DNA of 63,899 nucleotides, the filler included, from Neophaeotheca triangularis (taxonomy: Eukaryota), in assembly GCA_054600435.1 (NCBI GenBank). It is 4 parts of 4 records of this genome, joined end to end, with 100 filler letters (N's around TTAATTAATTAA, not from the genome) between each part and the next. Parts side by side here need not be neighbours in the genome. Positions count along the whole stretch, not along the records: positions 1 to 27,162 come from BAAIJX010000111.1; 3 more parts are not named here. One strand, written 5' to 3'. Position 1 is the first letter of the stretch. Each line of letters begins with the position of its first letter. Under the pieces are notes generated by a model. That model saw only the letters and a program-made list of their open reading frames with translations, was not told the DNA's origin and searched no databases. The translations under genes and the position numbers were made by a program. Positions 1 through 9,664 of this stretch are shown here, piece by piece.

Positions 1-161
1 CCCACAGTCATCATACCTATTCCCAACCACCAGTATGGCGACTTGAGGTAAGACTTCTCTTTCTGGCCTCCTTGTTCCTCCTCTCCCTCACCATCCTCGC
101 CCTCCTCGTCATTGTCTCCCAAAGCAGCCAGCACTTTCCTAATACCTCCGACTCTGCTGCT
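1..161 (-). CDS. Internal fragment of a NIPA/DUF803 (Mg2+ transporter-like) membrane protein; runs off the window edge, 5' end not found
   Basis: Manual minus-strand translation gives ...GDNDEEGEDGEGEEEQGGQKEKSYLKSPYWWLGIGMMTVG. This matches the recalled fungal NIPA motif SYL(K/R)SPYWW.GI..MT.GE that follows an acidic loop. The frame is closed upstream by TGA at 162-164. Not in the ORF track. Confidence 0.6.
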
Positions 162-1245
162 TCAAAAACCTCTCAATATCAGCAGCCAAAATCTCATGCG
201 TATGACTAGTAGTATGACCATTATTGTACCAACTAAAGAGTTTCACAGTCAGCAAAGGTTCCTTTAAACACAAAACTGCAGAACAGCAAGATAAGGCAAG
301 CTTGACTCACAAATACTCCTCCAACGGCAAACACCCATAATACCAAGCATCGGTATCGACGTACGGCTGATCGTACGCCTCGCAATAGCCCTCGACATCA
401 CGGATCCCGAACTTGCCAGGCCTGTCCATGACGCCGTTCAAAAAGGTGTTGGCGTCGTAGTTGAGCACCGAGGCGCCGGCATTGTCGTGCCCGAACGTCT
501 GCGACTGATTGTGCAGCGCCTGGTTGAACTGCTCGATCATCTGCTTAGTCGGACTGGGTTCGCCGTCGCGCTCGTTGTTGCCCGGCGTGCGGTCGAGCGG
601 CGGGAGGTTGACGAAGAGGAAGTGCTTGTATCCTGTGTCAAGGAGTTTTTGCATCGAGGCGAAGAGCGCGGCGATGATGGTGTTGTAGAAGTCCGGGAAG
701 TCGAGGTCCATGGAGGCGCTGTCGTTGATGTCGTTGATGCCTATCCAGATGGCCACGAGGGTTTGGTCTTTGTTGACGAAATCGCTCAAGACCGGTTCGC
801 CGTAGGTAAGGAATTGCTGCACTTGCTCGTCGAGTTGGACCGAGTAGTTGTGGTGGCGGGGGAGATAGTCTGCCGAGATGTCTGCGCCGCCGAAAGCGAA
901 GTCCCAGAGCTGCATGTCGCATGTTTTTGGGTCATTGAGGCCGGGTTTTAGGCCGCAACCTGTTAGGAATTCGACCCAGTTGGGTCCGCCCTCGGCTGTG
1001 CCGGTTTGGCTCTGGACGATGTAGTTGTTGAGGAGTTGGGAACGGTTGTAGGGGAGATTTAGGTAGTCGCCGATGAAGGTTGCATTTTGACGGCCAGCGG
1101 TCCCTTGAACATAGGTGTAAGAGTCACCAAAGGCGAGGAGGTGCTTGGTGTCTTTCCAGTTGAAGCCATCATCGTGGTGGGAGGGATGGGCACTTGTCAC
1201 TGAGGCCAGCAATGCCGTACTGAGAAGAGAATTAATCAAGGGCAT
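139..1245 (-). CDS. Secreted GDSL/SGNH acetylesterase (CE16-like); exons 1245-311 and 232-139
   Basis: Signal peptide, FGDSY block I, GGPNW and WIGIND motifs. A GTGAGT...TAG intron at 310-233 restores the C-terminus YFWYNNGHTTSHTHEILAADIERFL, which carries the catalytic His. Stop TAG at 139-141. Confidence 0.85.
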
Positions 1246-1648
1246 GTCTGCGATTGAGAGGTTCAGGTAGGTCAGATTAGCAGGTCCAAAGAAGACAAGG
1301 TCAAGCTTTGGGAGTAAAAGATTGGCGTGTTGGGCTGCGCTTTGTACCTACTTCTTGTGCGGCACCTACCTTGATCAAGCCTTGCGATGAAAGATTTCCC
1401 GGAATGCGTGAGGAGATGTAGTAACGATAACAAACCATAATTGGTGGAAAGAAAAGGCTCCACATAATTGGCACGACTGCTTGAAGTGCAATGGAGTGGT
1501 TTCTCCATGATTTGCCGATCTGCCGTCGCCTGCGTGGGGATACATGGAAAGGTGGAGTATGCAAGATGACACATTTCTCCGCAAGTTCAATAAAAAGACT
1601 GTGGGTATCTCTAGAAGATGCTGAATGATCGCGAGGCTGCCAGCAAGG

Positions 1649-3229
1649 CTACCACGCTGTGATGTCGTCCACTTCCGCCTCACCAAAGGTGCTAGTCTTA
1701 GCCGCCTCGGGCTCCTGGAACTGTCCTGGCCAGTTGACCGATTCTCGTGCCATGATATCCGGCAGAGAACGCTGTAGGAACTCCAGCAGAAAGCCGTTCA
1801 CTTGCTTGAACTCCAGCAGGAACGCATCGTGACCCTCCGGACTGTTAATGGTTTTGAGCTCTGCTTTCGGTATCGCTGCTGCAATCTCTTGCTGCTCGCT
1901 GTACGTGAACAAACCGTCCGACTGGATACCAAGAATGAGAGCAGGTTGTTCAATCAGAGCCAGAGCATCTTTCACAGGGTCGATTGAGCCCGCGGAATCC
2001 GTACGGTGCCTGGAGACGTCGTGAGTGTCCAGCTTTCGTGTGATGGCAATGTAACAATTAGCGTCAAACCGCTTGATGAACTTGTCGCCCTGGTACCTCA
2101 GATAAGATTGCGCTGAAAAGTAAGTAGGTGTTCGGTTTTTCGGGTTGCTCTTGACCTCCGTCGGTAAAGGGGTGCTGCCATGGAATTGAGGGTCGATGAT
2201 GTTAATGACAGGCGATGGCAAGGCGCCTAGTGAGCCGACAGAAGGGGACACATCTCCGGGTGTAGACACCCGCAGTCGAGGCGATCCCGCATTTCGGTGG
2301 CCTTCATTATGCACGGCAAAATGATCGTTGTTGTGCGAGTTTTCAGGCCTCGCTGAGCCGTTGATGTTCTGCCTCTTTGATGGGTCCGGAGTATTGCGCC
2401 CAAAACGGGACTCAAACGAATCCCTACTCCTGTATGTGAGCAGCGCGGACATGCGTGCTGCGCCCAGGCCGGTGGTCGGTGGATCATCGAAGCTGTAATA
2501 GCCGTCATCGTACTTGGGGTCGCTATAGATGCTCTGCCGTTGAGCCTCTCCCCAGCTGATACCCCAAGCACTGTACCTGGCAGATGTCGCTATCGGTATA
2601 ATCGTTCGGACATAATCCTTGCCAAAGTATGCAAACTCTAGCACCAGCATTCCACCCATTGAGCCTCCCACCACAGCTGCGATCTGCTTGACTCCCAGGT
2701 CGTCGAGCAACAGTTTGAATATGTTCACGTCGTCTCTGATAGTAGTCAAAGGGAACTCCGGACCGTAGTGCTCAGCTCCCGCTAAGCCATCCTTCGCAGT
2801 GACCGGGCTAGCGCTGCCGTATGGACTTCCCAGGCTGTTGATGCAGACAACGAAGAAGCGGCTCATGTCGAACGCCTTGTCTGGACCTCCGAGCAGTGGA
2901 CCCCACCAGTCTCCTACATCTGAGCTGCCGGTCAAAGCATGGCAGATCACCATGGCATTGTCTGCCTGCGGGGACAGCGTGCCATACGTCTTGTAGGCCA
3001 CGGGAATCTCGTAAAGTGTAACGCCCGACTCGAGGGTGAAGGAGGGTATAACGGCGATTGACTGGTCCGGTATCATGTGGGCGAATGGGTTTTCCGGTTG
3101 GTCACTGGCAGTAATACGCCCTGCTTTCAGGTCAGTGAATGCCGTAGTCTTGCGACTCTTGTTGACCGTACTGTATTTGTTGCTCCCGTTGGCGTGGGGA
3201 GCGCCATTAGACTGCGTGGTGCCGTCCAT
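1649..3229 (-). CDS. MET2: Homoserine O-acetyltransferase
   Basis: 526-aa ORF with CHALTG, GGSMGG nucleophile, RFDANCY and EGHDAFLLE motifs. Confidence 0.95.
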   Translation of the reverse strand: MDGTTQSNGAPHANGSNKYSTVNKSRKTTAFTDLKAGRITASDQPENPFAHMIPDQSIAVIPSFTLESGVTLYEIPVAYKTYGTLSPQADNAMVICHALTGSSDVGDWWGPLLGGPDKAFDMSRFFVVCINSLGSPYGSASPVTAKDGLAGAEHYGPEFPLTTIRDDVNIFKLLLDDLGVKQIAAVVGGSMGGMLVLEFAYFGKDYVRTIIPIATSARYSAWGISWGEAQRQSIYSDPKYDDGYYSFDDPPTTGLGAARMSALLTYRSRDSFESRFGRNTPDPSKRQNINGSARPENSHNNDHFAVHNEGHRNAGSPRLRVSTPGDVSPSVGSLGALPSPVINIIDPQFHGSTPLPTEVKSNPKNRTPTYFSAQSYLRYQGDKFIKRFDANCYIAITRKLDTHDVSRHRTDSAGSIDPVKDALALIEQPALILGIQSDGLFTYSEQQEIAAAIPKAELKTINSPEGHDAFLLEFKQVNGFLLEFLQRSLPDIMARESVNWPGQFQEPEAAKTSTFGEAEVDDITAW

Positions 3230-3317
3230 GTTTGCGGTTCAGTCTATCTCCGAGTCGTAGGATCTCCTTCGTGATTTATCCTCGTATGTAGCAGGACTCA
3301 TACCTCAGTGTCATAAG

Positions 3318-3324
3318 TGACTCA
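3318..3324. promoter_or_regulatory. Gcn4/CPC-1 response element (TGACTCA) in the MET2/DHFR divergent promoter
   Basis: Perfect TGACTCA about 90 bp upstream of the MET2 ATG. Confidence 0.55.
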
Positions 3325-3547
3325 AGTTCGGCCTCGAAGCGGACAAGATTCACGAGCAGAAAGTTCGCTACAGAAATGGTGTCATACCGAGTTGTGTTGT
3401 TCGCTTCACTTTCCCATCAAGGAAACTTCGCGCGTGCGACACGTCAAGAGGACTACCACGAATACCTAGCTAGGTACTGGTATTATCAATGACAACCACT
3501 CGCTTTGTTCCTCAAAGTTCAAAAGTGCTTGCAAAGTGCAATTGAAC

Positions 3548-4240
3548 ATGTCTGTTACGCAAATGCCATTGACGATTATCGTGGCGGCGACCACAAAGAA
3601 CGGCATCGGAAAGAATGGCGCCCTGCCTTGGCCGATGCTCAAGAAAGAAATGGCATATTTCGCCCGCGTCACGAAACGCGTCCCAATGCCCACGGACACT
3701 GGATCTGTTCAGGCCGACGCCACCAAGCAATCGATGCTAGAAGGGACACGTCGAAATGTGGTCATTATGGGCCGCAAGACCTGGGACAGTATCCCGCCCA
3801 AATTTCGCCCCCTCAAGGACAGGACGAACATTGTCATCACGTCCCAGGCACGTGAACAACTCGGCAATCTACCCGAGGACGTCGTGGTTGCTTCGAGTAT
3901 TGTAGATGGCCTTCAATCGCTCGAGGCCCGCGTTCGAGACAGCAAGGCTTTGCCTGTGGGGCGTGCTTTTGTGATTGGAGGCACGAGCATATACAGAGCT
4001 GCACTCGAGCTGCCCAACTTGGAGCATATTCTCCTGACGAGGATACGTGAAGACTACGAGTGTGATACTTTTCTGCCCATGGAGCTTGACGATGGGGGAC
4101 AGGCTACTTCTGGGTGGCAGAAGCAGGACCATCAGCGACTCGAAGCGTTTGTTGGTGAATCGCTTCAGGCTGAGCCGATGAGAGAGAGCGATGGCAATCA
4201 AGAAGTCGAGTACGAATATTGCCTGTATGAGAAGCCTTGA
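3548..4240 (+). CDS. DFR1: Dihydrofolate reductase
   Basis: IVAA...GIGKNGALPWP, VIMGRKTWDSIP..RPLKDR and IGGTSIY motifs. First ATG at 3548. Confidence 0.95.
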   Translation: MSVTQMPLTIIVAATTKNGIGKNGALPWPMLKKEMAYFARVTKRVPMPTDTGSVQADATKQSMLEGTRRNVVIMGRKTWDSIPPKFRPLKDRTNIVITSQAREQLGNLPEDVVVASSIVDGLQSLEARVRDSKALPVGRAFVIGGTSIYRAALELPNLEHILLTRIREDYECDTFLPMELDDGGQATSGWQKQDHQRLEAFVGESLQAEPMRESDGNQEVEYEYCLYEKP

Positions 4241-5381
4241 AGGAAGGGGCTATCGATGGAAGTTAAAGGTATTACTTCCAGCATGACAACACCCGCCAGT
4301 CTTGAGCGGTGCCGGTTTCGCGGAACATCGCACGTCTGACACCAACCCGGGCCCCATATGATGAGTGCGATCTGGAGATTGGACATTGCCCAGGTGTGCA
4401 AGCAAAAGACAGTCAGACACGTCAGCTAGGTTTTGTTTGATGGTGACACCTCAGGCATGATACCTCAGCCGACCTTGCACCAGAACTGGCACGTGCCAAC
4501 CGATATGCTCCGAGTTCGGCAGCTGCGTCGTACCTCGGTCTCCGCATTTCCCCGCGATATTGCTTGAAGGTACCCGACCTCACACCTAAAGTTACTTGCC
4601 CAAAGGTACCTTACCTTATTACCTAGGTAGAGGTTCGAGGCTAGCGCAGAGGAGCTCCGACAACAGCTGGAGCTGCACCTCTTTCATCATCATCACATGT
4701 TACAAAAAAATTCATGGTTTCGTCGAGGAGCTCTACACAAGCTACTATTCGAAAACGATTTGATTGTATCAAAAGCGACGAGGCAGCGTCCATAGTTATT
4801 GTTATTATTATCATTGTTATTATTATTATTTCTCATTCCCGCCCAAACATTTGATCGACTGCCGCCAAGCTGGACTCTGTCGTCAATGGTCGGTCCATCC
4901 AGTCGTTGTTGACCGTTCGTCCGCCAGCGTAACTTGACTTAGGTCCGAGGTTGGAGCTCCGCTCGCCCAGGGACAAGATCCGTCACGAACAGCGAGTTTC
5001 ACGCTTCTGGCGCTGTTTAGCTCGGCATCTCACTCTACGTAATAAAGGCTATATACCTATACCTACCTACCTAAGCCCATCACTCTACCCTCGGTCGTTT
5101 GTGACTCTTTGTTCTTGATCAATATCTTACGCTGCTTTAGCTTGCATCTTTCTCTTCTTGTCCATATTTCCCTCCTACACAAAGCCATAACACCCATTGA
5201 AGAATCTCAATCACAGCGCGGAGCCTGCGAGTACATCCCGAACGCCCGCTAGTCCTTTCGTGATCTTGCCCGTAGTGCTTTGGAGAGCACACAGAAGCTC
5301 GGTCAGGTCTAGATAGAGGGGTGCACTCCACGTGGATAGATCCCGAGGAAGTGCAGTGATTGGGAACACCGCTTCAGGACC

Positions 5382-6410
5382 ATGTCTGCAAAGTCGACAA
5401 AAGGCCCTGGCGGCAAGAAGCCTGCCTCGGCGGCGACGAACCTCATAGGCAAGTTCACAGCTACCCTCAAAGATCTGTCCAGAATACTACTAACATATGC
5501 AACAGCCGGCGGAGGAGCAGGCATGATGGAAGCCCTAGCTTGCCATCCTCTCGACACAATCAAAGTCCGCATGCAACTGTCCCGGCGCGCAAGAGCACCG
5601 GGACAAAAGCGCCGCGGCTTCATCACAACAGGCACGGAGATTGTGCGCAAAGAGACGCCCCTAGGTCTGTACAAAGGGCTCGGCGCCGTGCTCACGGGCA
5701 TCATCCCCAAAATGGCCATCCGCTTCACCAGCTACGAATGGTACAAGCAGCTCCTCGCCAACGACCAAGGCTCCATCAGCAGCAGCGGCACCTTCTTCGC
5801 CGGTCTCGCCGCCGGTGTCACCGAAGCCGTCGCCGTCGTCACCCCCATGGAAGTTGTCAAGATCCGCTTGCAAGCCCAGCACCACAGCATGTCGGACCCG
5901 CTCGACGTGCCCAAGTACCGCAACGCCGCCCACGCCGCTTTCACCGTCGTGCGGGAAGAGGGTTTCAGCGCCCTGTACCGCGGTGTCTCGCTCACGGCGC
6001 TTCGGCAGGGCACCAACCAAGCCGCCAACTTCACCGCGTACACGGAGCTCAAGGCTTTTGTGCAGAGCAAGTCGGGCAATCCTGAAGCGGAGCTGCCGAG
6101 TTGGCAGACGGCGATTATAGGTCTTATTTCCGGTGCCGTGGGCCCTTTCTCCAATGCCCCCATTGATACCATTAAGACGCGGTTGCAGCGCACGCCGGCT
6201 GAGGAGGGTCAGACTGCTATCGGCAGGATCACGGCGATTGGGAGCCAGATGTGGAAGCAAGAGGGCGCGAGGGCGTTTTGGATGGGCATTACACCGCGCG
6301 TGATGCGGGTCGCGCCCGGGCAGGCGGTGACGTTTGCTGTGTACGAGTACCTGAAGGGTATACTGGAGAAAGGGAGGGAGATGCTGCCTGGGAATGCATA
6401 CGAAGAGTAG
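5382..6410 (+). CDS. SFC1: Mitochondrial succinate/fumarate carrier; GC-AG intron 5449-5505
   Basis: Three carrier PX(D/E)XX(K/R) motifs (PLDTIK, PMEVVK, PIDTIK). Removing 5449-5505 restores TNLIAGGGAGMMEAL. Confidence 0.9.
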   Translation: MSAKSTKGPGGKKPASAATNLIGKFTATLKDLSRILLTYATAGGGAGMMEALACHPLDTIKVRMQLSRRARAPGQKRRGFITTGTEIVRKETPLGLYKGLGAVLTGIIPKMAIRFTSYEWYKQLLANDQGSISSSGTFFAGLAAGVTEAVAVVTPMEVVKIRLQAQHHSMSDPLDVPKYRNAAHAAFTVVREEGFSALYRGVSLTALRQGTNQAANFTAYTELKAFVQSKSGNPEAELPSWQTAIIGLISGAVGPFSNAPIDTIKTRLQRTPAEEGQTAIGRITAIGSQMWKQEGARAFWMGITPRVMRVAPGQAVTFAVYEYLKGILEKGREMLPGNAYEE

Positions 6411-6568
6411 GGGGTTTGAGGAGCGATCTGATGTTTCATACATGGTAAGCGTTGCGTTGCTCGCGGGTGGATGCGCTTTTTGGATACCCAGTCTATAACT
6501 GCTCTCTGGTCCGCAGAAGCTGTTGAACCTCTATTATTCCCTCGCTCTTAATACGTTTCTGCTCGTCT

Positions 6569-7684
6569 CTACCGCCTTCCCGGGCGTTTCGGCCGGGAGA
6601 AGCCCTGGCTCTTGCTCGCCGTCTGCTGCACTTCAAATTCCTTTGTAATCGTCTCTTGGGTGATCTCGCTAGGCTCCGAAGCTTCCAAAGACTTCGCAAC
6701 GACCACGCCAGCATCTCTCTCCGCAAGCTGTCTCGTCCATAGCTTCCCCGTGGAGTAGACCATGCGCTCCTTGACCTTGCTTCCCGTCGGGCACGTGTAC
6801 AAAAACACCACCTGCGGTTCCTCGTACCCCGGCGCGTCGTACGAGTAGAACGAATACCGCGGCTCGTCCGCCGAAATGCGCGATCCCAGCTCCGCAGCAG
6901 AAACCCCATCTTCCTTGGCAGCAATCTTGAGCGTCTCGTCAGGAAGTTCAAAATGCTGCAAAAGCACACCGTTAGCAAGCAAGCCCCTGCCCAACAACAC
7001 CAAAAACCTACCAACTGCACCAACCCCCCCTTCCCCCCCTCCCCCATCAACCCCTTCAGCGCCTCCACAACCCCCTCCCCAGTAGCAACCTCCACCTTGC
7101 CCCCCACATGGCCCCTCCTAACCCCAGTCCCCATACTCTCCCTGGCCTCCGCCTCCTTAACCCCCCTCAAGCCCTCCTCCTCCTCCGTAAGCGGCGCAGC
7201 CTGCTCCCCATGCCGCTCATGCCGCTTCCAGCCCTCGGGCGTCAGCTCCTCGGCATCCGTCACAAAAACCGTCTCCCGGAACCTCTCGATACCGAGCTCC
7301 CTGACGAGCGTCAGACGCGTCGACGCGAAGAGCATTTTCTCCCGCACCGGCGCCGTTTGCGGGACGTAGGTTATTGCGCAGTAGCCATCGGGGTTGGAGG
7401 GGTGGGTTTTGAGGAGGATGTAGAGGGGGGTTTTGGGGGTGAGGTGCGGGCTTAGGAGCGAGAGGTCGCTGGTGAAGGTTGAGGATTGGAGCGGGATGGT
7501 TTCGACGGGTTGTAGGGTTTCGTTTTGGATGTTGGCGAGGACGGCGCGTTGGTCGGGCGACGAGACTAGAGTGTTGAAGGCTGTGAGGAGCTCTGAGGAG
7601 GCTGGGAGGAGGAAGGGTGGTTAGTTGGCGATTGATGGGGGGAGAATGGTGGGCAGGTGGTCTACCTGATATTCCGGACTGCAT
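6569..7684 (-). CDS. TWF1: Twinfilin (tandem ADF-H actin-monomer-binding protein); exons 7684-7666, 7601-7012, 6955-6569
   Basis: MQSGISAS start, APVREKMLFASTRLTLVRELG, EPRYSFY, CPTGSKVKERMVYST and C-terminal FSRPKRPGRR. Two GT-AG introns with CTAAC branch sites. Confidence 0.9.
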
Positions 7685-8295
7685 CTTTGCTATTATTTCC
7701 TACGATTGGGTTGGCGTTGTGGTAGAGTTAAGTAGACAATAGGTGGGCTGCTATCGCATGAGCTACCTAGGTAAGTTATCGCTCATCAATCGGATCGAGG
7801 GCGGGTACGTCACTGTCAGGGTCAGAGTTTGGTTTGGCATTCGAACCAATACGTCTCCTTACAAGCCATTACCTTCGCCCCTTGTCCAGAATATGTTGGC
7901 ATCCACCGTAGTGTGGGACAAGACCACACCTCGCTGTGGGTTTTTTGTCGCTCTCTTCTCTCTCAAAGACTCAAGAAGCACTCGAAAGCCTAAGCCAGAT
8001 ATTTCAAGCACCAAGAAATTATGGGCTCAAGTATCTATGTCACCCGTGTAGATGTTCGTCCCAAACCCCATCAAAAACAAGAGACGGCAAGAATCGAGAG
8101 GCCCTTTGAAGAGCGCGATAGCGAAGACGTGATCGGACTCTAGCTCAAAAGGCCGGGTTCCTGTGCTACTTTCATCGGGGGTATAATGAGGTGCTCATAG
8201 CGGAGCCTAGCTCCTCCACAAACGCCAGCCACATCAAACCATTGATCATCGCACCCTCAACTACACCCTGCTTCGACAGTCGCCGCCCTCCAACA

Positions 8296-9429
8296 TCACC
8301 ATCCATACCTCCCAGCCCCTTCAGCCCTCTTGCTCCTCCCGGCCGCCCACGCATCCTCCAACCCCTCCTGTTGCGTTTTGGCATTGTTGACAAGCTGCTG
8401 CAACGAATGCTTACCGGGCGCCACAGCCTTGACAGCCCTATGCTGCGTAACCTCTCCCGCCTGCCGAAGTTTTTCGTTGCTGTCATATTCGTCGCGCGTA
8501 TTGAAGTGAGAGACCTGGAAATTGCCTTCGCCGTGTTTGCCAAAGAGCTGGCGCCGCTCAGCTGGAGTGAGATTGAGGTCGTCGGCGGTCGTGGCGAGAG
8601 ATGTAGATGTTGCTGCTTGTGGGTTGGATAATGGGAATTGAGGAGCTGCGTCTAGAGCTTCCTCCGGATTCGGACCCAGTGTTGGTTCCGAGAGCATGGG
8701 CTCGTAGGCTGTCGATGTTGTTGCCGTTACAGGCAGCTCCGCAATCAGTCCTTCGTCTTCCTGTGGTGCGCCAAAAAGCGAGCGCTTTGGTTTCGGTTTT
8801 GGTGCAAGTTCAGCAGAGGGCTCGGGTGCCGGGACTGGCGCGGGTTTTGCATCCGTCTGTTTCGCTTCCTTCACCCCAAATGCCTCGTTCCCAGAGGGCA
8901 CAATCGGCTTCTTTGGCTTATTCTTATTCTTCACGCTCATGGGTCTGAACCTCGAGGCTGTAGACTTGCCCTCTAACTTCATGGGGGCCTCCTCTGCAGC
9001 CGGCTTCCTCGCTGTAACCTCAAACGCCCCGCCAGACTGACCTCCTTCCTCCTCGTACGAACGCGGAGGCGCTTGGCCGAAAGAAGCCTCCGAGCTCGTC
9101 TTCAGTCCTGGTCCGCGCTTGGGTTGATCGTTGCTCTTGCCCTGTCCGGCACGCTTTGGCGCAGGCAGCATAGCACTGAAACCTCCCCCCAACGCACCAC
9201 CAGCTTTCCGGCGCTTTGCCGGTGGCCCCTCAACTTCTCCATCTTGCTGACCAGGCTCTGGCTGTACCGTAGGTAGCCCTACTTTGATCGTCCCGGGGTT
9301 GCTGCGATTGATGACTTTTTGAAAAGCTGGCTTATTGGTTTCGGCTTTTGCTGCTGGCGGCGCGACCTTGGCTGCTACTGGCGCTTCAGAATCGGAACCT
9401 TCGCTGTCGCTGTAATCGACGAGTCCCAT
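8296..9429 (-). CDS. PRCC C-terminal domain protein (mitotic checkpoint/splicing-associated)
   Basis: MGLVDYSDSE start (ATG 9429) and C-terminal GKHSLQQLV...LEDAWAAGRSKRAEGAGRYGW. Confidence 0.75.
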   Translation of the reverse strand: MGLVDYSDSEGSDSEAPVAAKVAPPAAKAETNKPAFQKVINRSNPGTIKVGLPTVQPEPGQQDGEVEGPPAKRRKAGGALGGGFSAMLPAPKRAGQGKSNDQPKRGPGLKTSSEASFGQAPPRSYEEEGGQSGGAFEVTARKPAAEEAPMKLEGKSTASRFRPMSVKNKNKPKKPIVPSGNEAFGVKEAKQTDAKPAPVPAPEPSAELAPKPKPKRSLFGAPQEDEGLIAELPVTATTSTAYEPMLSEPTLGPNPEEALDAAPQFPLSNPQAATSTSLATTADDLNLTPAERRQLFGKHGEGNFQVSHFNTRDEYDSNEKLRQAGEVTQHRAVKAVAPGKHSLQQLVNNAKTQQEGLEDAWAAGRSKRAEGAGRYGW

Positions 9430-9664
9430 TTTAAAAGTTGCCTTGTAAATTGCGTGAGTGTATTGTTGATGTTTTGCAGACTGTACCATGGAGTACTACT
9501 TCACTTAAGCTCGCTGGCGCCGGGCACTCCCGCTCAAGGTGACGAAATTCGGCGACTGGAAGCAGCAGTGGAGCTTTGGAGGAGCTCTCTCAAGACGTAC
9601 ATAGCAGAGACTGCCGCATACACAATTACACCTAGTCCCATATGTCCATCAAGTTGTCTCAATC

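Noticed and set aside
303..309. TGACTCA match at the CE16 gene
   Set aside because: It coincides with the reverse complement of the GTGAGTCA intron donor and is not in a promoter.
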